NCBI GenBank assembly: GCA_965140355.1 | Contig: OZ223191.1 | Coordinates: 263,185 to 327,184, forward strand | Source: an uncultured Acetobacterium sp. | GTDB lineage: Bacteria; Bacillota; Clostridia; Eubacteriales; Eubacteriaceae | Reading direction: 5' to 3' | Length of the DNA: 64,000 bases | Shown here: positions 49,198 through 57,782 of the stretch, in pieces | Position numbering within the stretch: the stretch's first letter is position 1 | Layout: every line of letters begins with the position of its first letter | Notes under the pieces: generated by a model | Databases searched by the model: none | Told to the model about the DNA's origin: nothing | What the model saw: only the letters and a program-made list of their open reading frames with translations | Position numbers and translations under genes: made by a program

Positions 49198-49226
49198 TTG
49201 ACAGATTAGAATAACTATGTTAAATT
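49198..49226 (+). promoter_or_regulatory. Internal sigma-A promoter upstream of the riboswitch array
   Basis: TTGACA, 17 bp spacer, TG-T-TAAATT. Confidence 0.6.
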
Positions 49227-49283
49227 ATAGATACCAAAGAGAATATTACTAAAATGTAATATTTGGAGATGCTAATTAAGATA

Positions 49284-49390
49284 GTTGGAACTTTCCAACG
49301 ATAAGGGCAAACCTATTGAAAAATAGCGACGCAAAACTAAAGGGCCTGTAAAATGGCAGCCAGTTACCGAAAACGGGAAGTTTTTGTTTT
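49284..49390 (+). promoter_or_regulatory. c-di-GMP-I (GEMM-I) riboswitch, copy 1, with a candidate terminator
   Basis: GGGCAAA-CCTATT-GAAA-AATAG-CGACGCAAA-ACT...GGCC...GGCAGCCAGTTACCG; followed by CCG-AAAA-CGG and TTTTTGTTTT. Confidence 0.88.
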
Positions 49391-49434
49391 GTAAAAGACA
49401 GATAAAATGGTAGTTATAAAAGTGAATATGATCG

Positions 49435-49541
49435 TGGAAAGCTTTCCAACGATAAAGGCAAACTTATTGAAAGATAGGGACGCAAAGCTAGAGGGCCTGT
49501 AAAATGGCAGCCAGTTACCGAAAACGGAAAGTTTTTGTTTT
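49435..49541 (+). promoter_or_regulatory. c-di-GMP-I riboswitch, copy 2, with a candidate terminator
   Basis: AGGCAAA-CTTATT-GAAA-GATAGG-GACGCAAAGCT...GGCAGCCAGTTACCG; same 3' hairpin and U tract. Confidence 0.9.
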
Positions 49542-49594
49542 ATAAAAGATTGATTGATATTATTGTTGTAAGAATTAAAGATTAAGAAAAGATC

Positions 49595-49695
49595 GTGGAA
49601 TGTTTTCCAACGATAAAGGCAAACCAACTGAAAAGTTGGGACGCAAAGCCAAGGGCCTGTAAAATGGCAGCCGGCTACCGAAAGGAGTTTCCATC
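49595..49695 (+). promoter_or_regulatory. c-di-GMP-I riboswitch, copy 3, abutting the RBS
   Basis: AGGCAAA-CCAACT-GAAA-AGTTGG-GACGCAAAGCC...GGCAGCCGGCTACCG then AAAGGAG and ATG 49696. Confidence 0.9.
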
Positions 49696-51048
49696 ATGAA
49701 AAAGGTAGTAGTTTTATTAGTAGCACTTTGTATGACATTTAGTATGGTGCCAGTTAATGCAGCATATCATTATAGTGATAATAATCCTAGTAGAAATGTT
49801 GTGGCAACAGAGCCATCTCCACAACCAGAAGTTGTAACAGTAGTTCAACCAGAAAAAGAAGTTGCTGCACCAAGTAGTGAATCGGTAAATGTGAAAGATT
49901 ATAACGCTAAGGGCGATGGTGTTGCAGATGATACATCAGCAATCCAAAATGCATTGAATAAAAATAATTCAGTTTATATTCCGGATGGAACATATATGAT
50001 TAATGTTGATCAATCATTGCGAGTCAATTCGAATCAAACAATCACAATGAGTGCAAATGCTGTTTTAAAAGCGATTCCAACCTCAAGTGAATCCAATGCT
50101 GTTATTCTTGTTTCTGGAGTAAAGAATGTAAATATCTCTGGTGGAAGAATAATTGGCGAAAGAAATAGCCATAAGGGAACAACTGGTGAATGGGGAATGG
50201 GAATTCGAATAATTGATGGCGCAGAAAGTATCACAGTAACTAATATTACTATTAGCGATTGTTGGGGCGATGGCATCTATGTTGGTGGATTCATTAACGA
50301 AGATTCGGTTAGTTCAATCTTAATCGATAACGTTGTTAGTGATAACAATAGAAGACAAGGTTTATCAATTACAAGTGCCAAAAACGTAATCGTCAGCAAC
50401 AGTGTATTTAAAAACACAAATGGAACAGCACCGGAATCTGGCATTGACATTGAACCAAATAAGGATCAAGTTACTGAAGATATTAAAATCATTAACACTG
50501 AGACTTCTGGTAATAATGGAGTAGGGATTTTATTATATGGTAAAAGTGGAACAGTTCGAGGGGTTGAGATTTCAAATAGTACATTAATCAATAATGGTGA
50601 TTTGGGTCTTGCATTAATCACAGCTAATGATCTTACTATCAGTAATACTAAGATTGCTAATAATTGGGTTGGGGTTGAAATTCGAAGTGATATAGTAAAT
50701 ACTATTTTCAAAAATACAGTTATCTCAGAAAATTATGATGCTGGTGTAAAATTGGTTGCAAAATCTCAAAGTTCAGGAATCGAAAACGTTGTTTTTCAAG
50801 AGTCAACATTTGCTAACAATAGTCAATATTCAGCAGGAGCTGCAGATGGTATAAAAATTAGCAATGCAGATTCTTCAGGATATATTAAAGGGATTCAGTT
50901 CAAGGATAGTGAATTCATTGATAATCAGAGCTCGCCTACTCAAAGATCTGGTATTGCGATTGCTTCTTCTAATTCTGTAAGCGGTATAGAGATTGATAAT
51001 AACTGTACTTTTAATGGTAATATTGCAGGCAATAAAATTTCTTTATAA
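49696..51048 (+). CDS. Secreted right-handed parallel beta-helix protein (pectate lyase 3-like; possible polysaccharide lyase or modifier)
   Basis: Signal peptide ending PVNA; NVKDYNAKGDGVADDT...; DCWGDGIY, NRRQG, GIDIEPN; Asn-rich repeats. Confidence 0.8.
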   Translation: MKKVVVLLVALCMTFSMVPVNAAYHYSDNNPSRNVVATEPSPQPEVVTVVQPEKEVAAPSSESVNVKDYNAKGDGVADDTSAIQNALNKNNSVYIPDGTYMINVDQSLRVNSNQTITMSANAVLKAIPTSSESNAVILVSGVKNVNISGGRIIGERNSHKGTTGEWGMGIRIIDGAESITVTNITISDCWGDGIYVGGFINEDSVSSILIDNVVSDNNRRQGLSITSAKNVIVSNSVFKNTNGTAPESGIDIEPNKDQVTEDIKIINTETSGNNGVGILLYGKSGTVRGVEISNSTLINNGDLGLALITANDLTISNTKIANNWVGVEIRSDIVNTIFKNTVISENYDAGVKLVAKSQSSGIENVVFQESTFANNSQYSAGAADGIKISNADSSGYIKGIQFKDSEFIDNQSSPTQRSGIAIASSNSVSGIEIDNNCTFNGNIAGNKISL

Positions 51049-51106
51049 GTTAGAAATGCTATTAATATAGTTATCAGATAGCGTATAAATAGTTAAATTA
51101 AGAAGT

Positions 51107-51157
51107 AAAACCTTTCCGATTAACGATAAAAAGTCATTAATCAGAAAGGTTTTTTTA
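51107..51157 (+). terminator. Probable terminator after the beta-helix gene
   Basis: AAAACCTTTC.GATTAA...TTAATC.GAAAGGTTTT followed by a T run. Confidence 0.65.
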
Positions 51158-51356
51158 ATTTAATTATTGTTAACGATTCTAAATGAGTATAATTGTAAGT
51201 TGATTTAATAGAAAACTATAGGTATAATTATATAAAGATTATCAAAAACGCTTTATCGAATGTTTAGAAAGTAATAATTATTATTCCGTTTATATAAAGT
51301 GAAAATAAATTCGAGATGAATTCATCAAAAATTTTAAAATAAGAAATGAGAAAAAA

Positions 51357-52811
51357 ATGGACGACGTTCAAATAAAATCCAAAGTCATTTCATCACTCTT
51401 TTGGAAACTCATGGAGAGGGGAGGAACCCAAGGGATACAATTTATAATACAGATAGTGTTGGCGCGCCTACTTCTTCCCGAAGAATATGGACTAATTGCG
51501 ATATTAACAATTTTTATTTCTATAGCAAATATACTTGTGCAATACGGCTTTAATACAGCACTTATTCAAAAAAAAAGCGCCGATGATACGGATTTTTCTT
51601 CCGTTTTCTTTTTAAGTTTAGCGGTGGCAGGACTGCTTTATGGTATTCTTTTTTTTACGGTTCCACTAATAGCTAGTTTTTATGAAAAACAAATGCTTGT
51701 TCCATTGCTTAGAGTATTAGCGTTAACATTATTTATTGGAGCCTTAAATTCGATACAAAATGCTGTTGTAGCTAGAAGTTTAGAGTTTAAAAAACTATTT
51801 TACAGTAGTATAGGTGCAATTGTAGTGTCCGGAATTGTTGGGATTGTAATGGCTTATATTGGTTATGGTGTATGGGCGTTAGTGATGCAACAGTTGATAA
51901 ATCAATTAGCGATCGCGGTCATACTTTGGTTTACAGTAAAATGGAGACCAAAGCTTCTTTTTTCTATCGAGAGCTTGAAAAGTATGTTTTCATTTGGATG
52001 GAAATTGTTAATATCGGCATTAATAGATACACTTTATATCAATTCATATAGCCTTGTAATCGGTAAAATGTATAACCCAGCAATGTTGGGTTATTTTAGC
52101 AGGGGTCAACAATTTCCAGGACTTGTTGTAATTAATGTGAATGGATCAATTCAATCGGTAATGTTTCCAGCCCTCTCAGCTCAACAAGATAACAAACTAA
52201 GAGTTAAAACAATGGTGCGCAGAGCAATTGTAACCAGCTCTTTCTTAATATTTCCGATGATGGTTGGGTTAGCAGTTATCGCTGAACCGTTAGTAAAGAT
52301 TTTACTAACGGATAAGTGGTTACCATGTGTACCATTTTTACAAATTTCATGCGCAGGATATGCTTTAATGCCAATTCACACATCAAATTTACAAGCGATT
52401 AATGCATTAGGTCGAAGCGATATTTTTTTAAAACTAGAGATTATAAAAAAAACAATTGATGTTTTAATTCTTGTTGTATCTATCTTTTATGGTATCTATG
52501 CAATTGCGATTGGACTACTTGTTGCTAATATTATTTCTTCTTTCGTAAACGCTTATCCAAATTTGAAGTTATTAGATTACAGTTATAAACAACAAATAAA
52601 AGATATAATGCCGTCACTCATCCTTTCATTGATAATGGGCAGTGTAATTTATTGTTTTTCATTGCTTGAAATGAATCCCGGTCTAACGATAATCGTTCAA
52701 ATTAGTATTGGAATAATTTTATATTTTGGAATGGCAAAAATATTAAAGTTGGAAAGCTTTACATATTTAATTTCTACGGGAAAAGAACTTTTTACTAATG
52801 GGAAAAGGTAA
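51357..52811 (+). CDS. wzx: Polysaccharide flippase (WzxC-like)
   Basis: LARLLLPEEYG, GFNTALIQ, GYFSRG, MVGLAVIAEPLV; multi-TM. Confidence 0.92.
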   Translation: MDDVQIKSKVISSLFWKLMERGGTQGIQFIIQIVLARLLLPEEYGLIAILTIFISIANILVQYGFNTALIQKKSADDTDFSSVFFLSLAVAGLLYGILFFTVPLIASFYEKQMLVPLLRVLALTLFIGALNSIQNAVVARSLEFKKLFYSSIGAIVVSGIVGIVMAYIGYGVWALVMQQLINQLAIAVILWFTVKWRPKLLFSIESLKSMFSFGWKLLISALIDTLYINSYSLVIGKMYNPAMLGYFSRGQQFPGLVVINVNGSIQSVMFPALSAQQDNKLRVKTMVRRAIVTSSFLIFPMMVGLAVIAEPLVKILLTDKWLPCVPFLQISCAGYALMPIHTSNLQAINALGRSDIFLKLEIIKKTIDVLILVVSIFYGIYAIAIGLLVANIISSFVNAYPNLKLLDYSYKQQIKDIMPSLILSLIMGSVIYCFSLLEMNPGLTIIVQISIGIILYFGMAKILKLESFTYLISTGKELFTNGKR

Positions 52812-52874
52812 AGCTAAAAAAATACCTTTGTGCTTCTGAGCAGTACGGATTTTATTTTACTTATGGAGTAAATT

Positions 52875-53750
52875 ATGGATATAAAAAGAAAGGTTAAGAT
52901 GGCACTAAAGAAGGTCAAAGCGGGAATATTAAAGATGGATATGCTTTTTTTAAAAGGTAATATCAGAGCGTGGCACTCACGTTATTTTAAATATCGTGGC
53001 AAAGCCCATAAGTTGACAAAGGATATTTATTTTCCTCCACATACCTTTTCTAATAGTAATGTTCGAATGGGACCGTCAGGGGAATTATTAGCAATCGGAG
53101 GAGACTTGTCATCAGAACGAATAATTTATGCATTTAAAAATGGAGTTTATCCGATGTTTTTTAAGAATGATCCGATTCTTTGGTGGACTTCAAACACGCG
53201 TTGTATTTTATACTTGGAAAAATTACATATTGGAAGAGATGTAAAAAAATTTTTGAAGAATCAAAAATTCAATCTGACAACAGATAGAGCTTTTGAAGAT
53301 GTTGTAAATGCCTGCTCAGAATTAAGAAAAGGTGACACATGGCTTACCTCTGAAAGAATAGATGCATCGATAAAACTTCATGAGTCTGGATTTGCTCATT
53401 CCGTCGAAGTTTGGCAGAACGAGAACTTAATAGGGGGATTATTTGGCATTATGATTGGATCCTATTTTTATCTCGAATCAATGTTTAAGCGGGTTGATCA
53501 TAGTTCAAAAGTGGCATTTGTTGCATTAAGTCTCAGGTTAAAGGAGTTGGATTTTTTTATGATAGACTTGGGAATTTGGCCGACTAATAATTTATTAAAT
53601 TATGGTGCTGAAATTATTAATCGTGATGAGTACTTGAAACTAGTAAATAAAAGCATTAGTAGTCCAGACACAAATATAGAATGGGAAGAATTGTTTGAAA
53701 ACTGGGATCTCAAAATGGCGGTTGAAAGACATCTTCAGGAAAATCGATGA
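52875..53750 (+). CDS. Leu/Phe-tRNA-protein transferase (Aat)-like protein, paralog 1
   Basis: LLAIGGDL, YPM, PILWW, AF.DVV.AC, TW, LHE.GFAHSVEVW, GGLFG, ESMF. Confidence 0.85.
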   Translation: MDIKRKVKMALKKVKAGILKMDMLFLKGNIRAWHSRYFKYRGKAHKLTKDIYFPPHTFSNSNVRMGPSGELLAIGGDLSSERIIYAFKNGVYPMFFKNDPILWWTSNTRCILYLEKLHIGRDVKKFLKNQKFNLTTDRAFEDVVNACSELRKGDTWLTSERIDASIKLHESGFAHSVEVWQNENLIGGLFGIMIGSYFYLESMFKRVDHSSKVAFVALSLRLKELDFFMIDLGIWPTNNLLNYGAEIINRDEYLKLVNKSISSPDTNIEWEELFENWDLKMAVERHLQENR

Positions 53751-53940
53751 TTTAGTTTTATTTTATAAAGAACGATGGTTAGAAAATTAAAAATAATTAT
53801 TCTAAATGTAAACATAATATTTTGAATTTAATTTTTATAATAACTCAACCAAACAATAAATAGATTTATATAGAATTTATATTCGAAGGTTTTCTTATTA
53901 TTAGAATCTGCTTTTAAATTTTTGATAAAAGGAGTGGAAC

Positions 53941-54807
53941 ATGACAATCGACAAAGTGAAAAAGAGCATTACCCAGATTAATAAACGATTTTTAAAAGGG
54001 AGCATAAAAGCATATTACCTGCATTACTTTAAATACAAGGGAAAAGCTTATAATTTAACGAAAGACATTTATTTTCCACCACATTCGACATCAAATAAAA
54101 ATTTGAGAATGGGACCATGTGGAGAACTGCTGGCAATTGGAGGAGATTTGACGCCGGAGCGGATGATTTTTGCTTATAAAAATGGAATCTATCCAATGTA
54201 TTTCGAAAATTATCCAATTTTGTGGTGGACTTCAGAAATTCGATGTGTTATATTTCCTAATAATATTCATATTTCTAAAGGTGTGCGAAATTTTGTAAAA
54301 AAAACAAACTTTCGTCTTACCGTGGATAGTGCTTTCAAAGATGTTGTATATGCATGTAGGGAAACGAGAGAGGAATCCACTTGGATTACGCCTGAAAGGA
54401 TTACAGCCTCTTGTAAATTGCATGAATTAGGGATTGCTCATTCTTTTGAAATATGGGACGGAGATCAATTGATCGGGGGATCATTTGGTGTTGCTATGGG
54501 ATCATATTTTTATGGTGAATCTCAGTTTACAAGAGTAAGTAATGCGGGAAAAGTCGCTATGGTTGCATTATGCCTCCGATTAGACGAATTAAATTATTCT
54601 TTGGTAGATGGTGGGTTTTGGCCAACGAAATACTTAAAAGAAATGGGATCTGAGATTATTAGCCGCGAAGCGTATCTAAAAATATTGGAGCACAGCGTGT
54701 GTGAACCGGACATTGTCAAAAATTGGAGCGGTTTATTTGAAAACTGGGATCTTAGATTGGCTATTGAAAAACATCTCAAACAAAAGTCACAAACAGCAAG
54801 TGCTTAA
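53941..54807 (+). CDS. Aat-like protein, paralog 2
   Basis: LLAIGGDLTPER, PILWW, TWITPE, LHELGIAHSFEIW, GESQF. Confidence 0.85.
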   Translation: MTIDKVKKSITQINKRFLKGSIKAYYLHYFKYKGKAYNLTKDIYFPPHSTSNKNLRMGPCGELLAIGGDLTPERMIFAYKNGIYPMYFENYPILWWTSEIRCVIFPNNIHISKGVRNFVKKTNFRLTVDSAFKDVVYACRETREESTWITPERITASCKLHELGIAHSFEIWDGDQLIGGSFGVAMGSYFYGESQFTRVSNAGKVAMVALCLRLDELNYSLVDGGFWPTKYLKEMGSEIISREAYLKILEHSVCEPDIVKNWSGLFENWDLRLAIEKHLKQKSQTASA

Positions 54808-54923
54808 TAATTCTTACATATCAAAGAAAGTATTGATTTTGTATAGATCGGTTCGATTTTATATTGATATCAATAAGTGGTGTACTAAGTTAACATATTG
54901 CGATAAATATGGGAGAATTAAAA

Positions 54924-55787
54924 ATGAAAGTTGGTAAAATTAAAGAGTTGCTTTTTAAAATCGATAAAACTCTTTTTAATGAAAATATTAAAGGGTGTTA
55001 TTCGAAGCATCTTGCTTATCGGGGAAAAGCGTATAAATTAACGAAAGCGTTGTATTTTCCTCCTCATGCATCTTCAAATAAAAATATCCGAATGGGAATT
55101 GAATCGAGTGGAGAATTGCTGGCTTTTGGCGGAGATTTGACGCCGGAACGAATGATTTTAGCCTATAAAAAAGGAATCTACCCATTGTTTTTTGATAAAC
55201 AACCAATTCTTTGGTGGACTTCAGAAATCCGGTATGTTTTATTTCCACAGAAACTACATATCGGAAAAAAAATGCGAAGAATTATTAAAAAAAACAATTA
55301 TGTTTTAACAGCAGATAAAGCTTTCAGAGATGTAATTTGTGCTTGTCGCGAGACTAGAAAAGAATTTACTTGGATTACGCCAGAACGAATTGAGTCATCC
55401 TGTAAGTTACACGAATTGGGATTCGCGCATTCCATAGAAATTTGGCAGGATGAGCGATTGGTCGGAGGATTATATGGAGTTATGATTGGCTCGTGTTTTC
55501 AAGTTGAGTCGATGTTTAGACGAGTAGATAATGCAGCGACGGCAGCATCGATTGGACTATTGCTACGATTAAGTGAAATAGATGGTATTGTTGTAGATTG
55601 TGGATTTTCAGTTTCTGAGCATATTAAAAATATGGGAGCTGAAATGATTTCACGCGATGAATTTCTCGAAATGATTGAAAAAATCATGAAAAATACGGAT
55701 AGTATAGAGAATTGGAATAGTTTATTTGAAAACTGGAATTTCAAACAAGCTGTTGAAAATCATTTTATATTAGATCATAAAACATAG
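54924..55787 (+). CDS. Aat-like protein, paralog 3
   Basis: LLAFGGDLTPER, PILWW, TWITPE, LHELGFAHSIEIW, GGLYG, ESMF, VDC; RBS GGAGA before ATG 54924. Confidence 0.85.
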   Translation: MKVGKIKELLFKIDKTLFNENIKGCYSKHLAYRGKAYKLTKALYFPPHASSNKNIRMGIESSGELLAFGGDLTPERMILAYKKGIYPLFFDKQPILWWTSEIRYVLFPQKLHIGKKMRRIIKKNNYVLTADKAFRDVICACRETRKEFTWITPERIESSCKLHELGFAHSIEIWQDERLVGGLYGVMIGSCFQVESMFRRVDNAATAASIGLLLRLSEIDGIVVDCGFSVSEHIKNMGAEMISRDEFLEMIEKIMKNTDSIENWNSLFENWNFKQAVENHFILDHKT

Positions 55788-55880
55788 ATTTAAGCGTGTT
55801 GCAAAAGATTTTATAGAAATAATTTCAATAATATTTAGTTAAATCTAAAATAGTTATGGTTTCAAATAAAGGAGTTAAAA

Positions 55881-56975
55881 ATGAGTAACATAATCAATGT
55901 CACGCGCTCCTCAATGCCAACTTTTGAAGAGTATGTCGAAGAAATTAAAGATCTGTGGGAAAGCCATTGGTTAACAAATATGGGGATAAAACACGAACAA
56001 TTTTGCATCGATATAACAAAATACTTGAATGTGCCTCAGGCATCTCTTTTTACTAATGGTCATTTAGCACTTGAATGTACCATTGCGGCATTTGATTTAA
56101 CGGGGGAAGTTATCACGACACCCTTTACTTTTGCGTCAACTACACATGCAATTCTTAGAAATGGTTTAGAACCGGTTTTTTGCGATATTAATGAAAAAGA
56201 TTATACTATCGATGTGAATAAGATTGAGTCTTTAATCACAAAAAACACATGTGCTATTATACCAGTACACGTGTATGGAAATGTATGTAATGTGAAAGAG
56301 ATCGAAAGCATTGCAAAGAAATACAACCTCAAAGTAATATATGATGCCGCACATGCTTTTGGAGTAACTGTTGATGGTGTCGGAATAGGCAATTTTGGAG
56401 ACGCCGCAATGTTTAGTTTTCATGCTACAAAAGTTTTTAACACTATTGAAGGTGGTGCTGTAACCTATCAATATGAAAATCTTGAAAGAATACTCTATTA
56501 TCTAAAAAACTTTGGAATTACTGGAGCTGAGTCGGTGGAATATGTTGGTGGTAATGCCAAAATGAGCGAGTTTCAGGCAGCAATGGGCATTTGTAACCTT
56601 AGACACGTTGATGAGGATATTGCTAAAAGAAAGAGGGTAACAGAACGCTACCGGGAAAATTTAGAAAATATAAATGGCATAAAACTTGTTAAACCTCAAC
56701 TTGGAATAAAAAGTAATTATGCTTATTTTCCTGTCGTATTCGATGGATACCCTAAATCAAGAAACCAGGTTTTTGAAGAACTAGAAAAAAATAATATTTA
56801 TGCTAGGAAATATTTCTATCCGTTAACAACTAGTTATGAATGTTTTGCAAATAGATTTAATTCAGCTGAAACTCCGGTTGCAAAACATACAGCAGAGCGG
56901 GTTTTGACACTTCCATTATATCCAGATTTAGATTTAGAAGATATTGATCGAATTTGTGAAATCATTAAAAGTTAA
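55881..56975 (+). CDS. vioA: DegT/DnrJ sugar aminotransferase, VioA-type (dTDP-4-amino-4,6-dideoxyglucose synthesis)
   Basis: GEVITTPFTF, YDAAHAFG, SFHATKVFNTIEGG (PLP Lys), RKYFYPL; closely follows the E. coli VioA pattern as recalled. Confidence 0.85.
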   Translation: MSNIINVTRSSMPTFEEYVEEIKDLWESHWLTNMGIKHEQFCIDITKYLNVPQASLFTNGHLALECTIAAFDLTGEVITTPFTFASTTHAILRNGLEPVFCDINEKDYTIDVNKIESLITKNTCAIIPVHVYGNVCNVKEIESIAKKYNLKVIYDAAHAFGVTVDGVGIGNFGDAAMFSFHATKVFNTIEGGAVTYQYENLERILYYLKNFGITGAESVEYVGGNAKMSEFQAAMGICNLRHVDEDIAKRKRVTERYRENLENINGIKLVKPQLGIKSNYAYFPVVFDGYPKSRNQVFEELEKNNIYARKYFYPLTTSYECFANRFNSAETPVAKHTAERVLTLPLYPDLDLEDIDRICEIIKS

Positions 56976-57062
56976 AGATGCTTTTTTAGCGTAAAAATGC
57001 ATAAAATATAGTTAGTCGTTACTTAAAATTGTTATCCGTGAAAATATAGAGAGGAAAAGACA

Positions 57063-57782
57063 GTGGATATTTCGATCATGCAACCTTATCTATTTCCATA
57101 TATTGGATATTTTCAAATGATCAATTATGTTGATTACTTTATCATTGATGATAATGTTCAATATATCAATAGAGGATGGATAAATAGAAATAGAATATTA
57201 TTAGATGGAAAAGATTATATGATCACACTCCCAGTTGTGAAAGCGAGTTCACATTTAAATATTAATGAACGTTACTTTGTTGATGATCCTGATAAAAAGA
57301 ACGAAAAAAAGCTAATGAAGACAATTTATCATGCATATCGTAATGCACCTGAATTTAAGGTGTGTTATGAATTGTTAGAAGAAATATTTAATTTTAGTAA
57401 TAAAAATGTTGCGGAATTTACTGGTAATAGTTTAAAGCAGATATGCAATTATCTAGGAATTGAAGTAACAATTATCATGCAATCAACGATAAATTCAGCA
57501 GCGGATTTGAATTATCAAGATTCGATCATACAGACATGCAAGAAACTAAAAGCGGATAGCTATATTAATGCAATTGGCGGGATGGAATTATATTCTGCTA
57601 AAAGATTTAGGAAAAACAATTTATCCTTAAAGTTCATAAAAACAAAAGATTCAATTGAATATAAGCAATTCAAGAATACTTTTTTGCCAAACCTGTCCAT
57701 AATTGACGTAATGATGTTTAATTCAAAAACGGATATTGTAAAACTTTTATGTCAATATGATCTAGTGGATGGAAAAAATTAA
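57063..57782 (+). CDS. wbqC: WbqC-family protein (putative glycyl/aminoacyl transferase for Qui4N)
   Basis: IMQPYLFPYIGYFQ, WINRNRI, YINAIGG..LY, NLSIIDVMMFN. Confidence 0.88.
   Translation: MDISIMQPYLFPYIGYFQMINYVDYFIIDDNVQYINRGWINRNRILLDGKDYMITLPVVKASSHLNINERYFVDDPDKKNEKKLMKTIYHAYRNAPEFKVCYELLEEIFNFSNKNVAEFTGNSLKQICNYLGIEVTIIMQSTINSAADLNYQDSIIQTCKKLKADSYINAIGGMELYSAKRFRKNNLSLKFIKTKDSIEYKQFKNTFLPNLSIIDVMMFNSKTDIVKLLCQYDLVDGKN

Noticed and set aside
49296-49683. 3'3'-cGAMP (GEMM-Ib) specificity for the riboswitches
   Set aside because: All three copies keep G at the position equivalent to Vc2 G20; cGAMP variants have A there.
49284-49695. Spaced direct repeats resembling a CRISPR array
   Set aside because: Units are ~110 nt with conserved c-di-GMP-I aptamer structure, far longer than CRISPR repeats, and there are no cas genes in the window.
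52875-55787. Ordinary N-degron Aat function
   Set aside because: Not excluded but disfavoured: triplication, DCQ-to-DxG in all copies, no clpS/clpA nearby and a polysaccharide-locus context.
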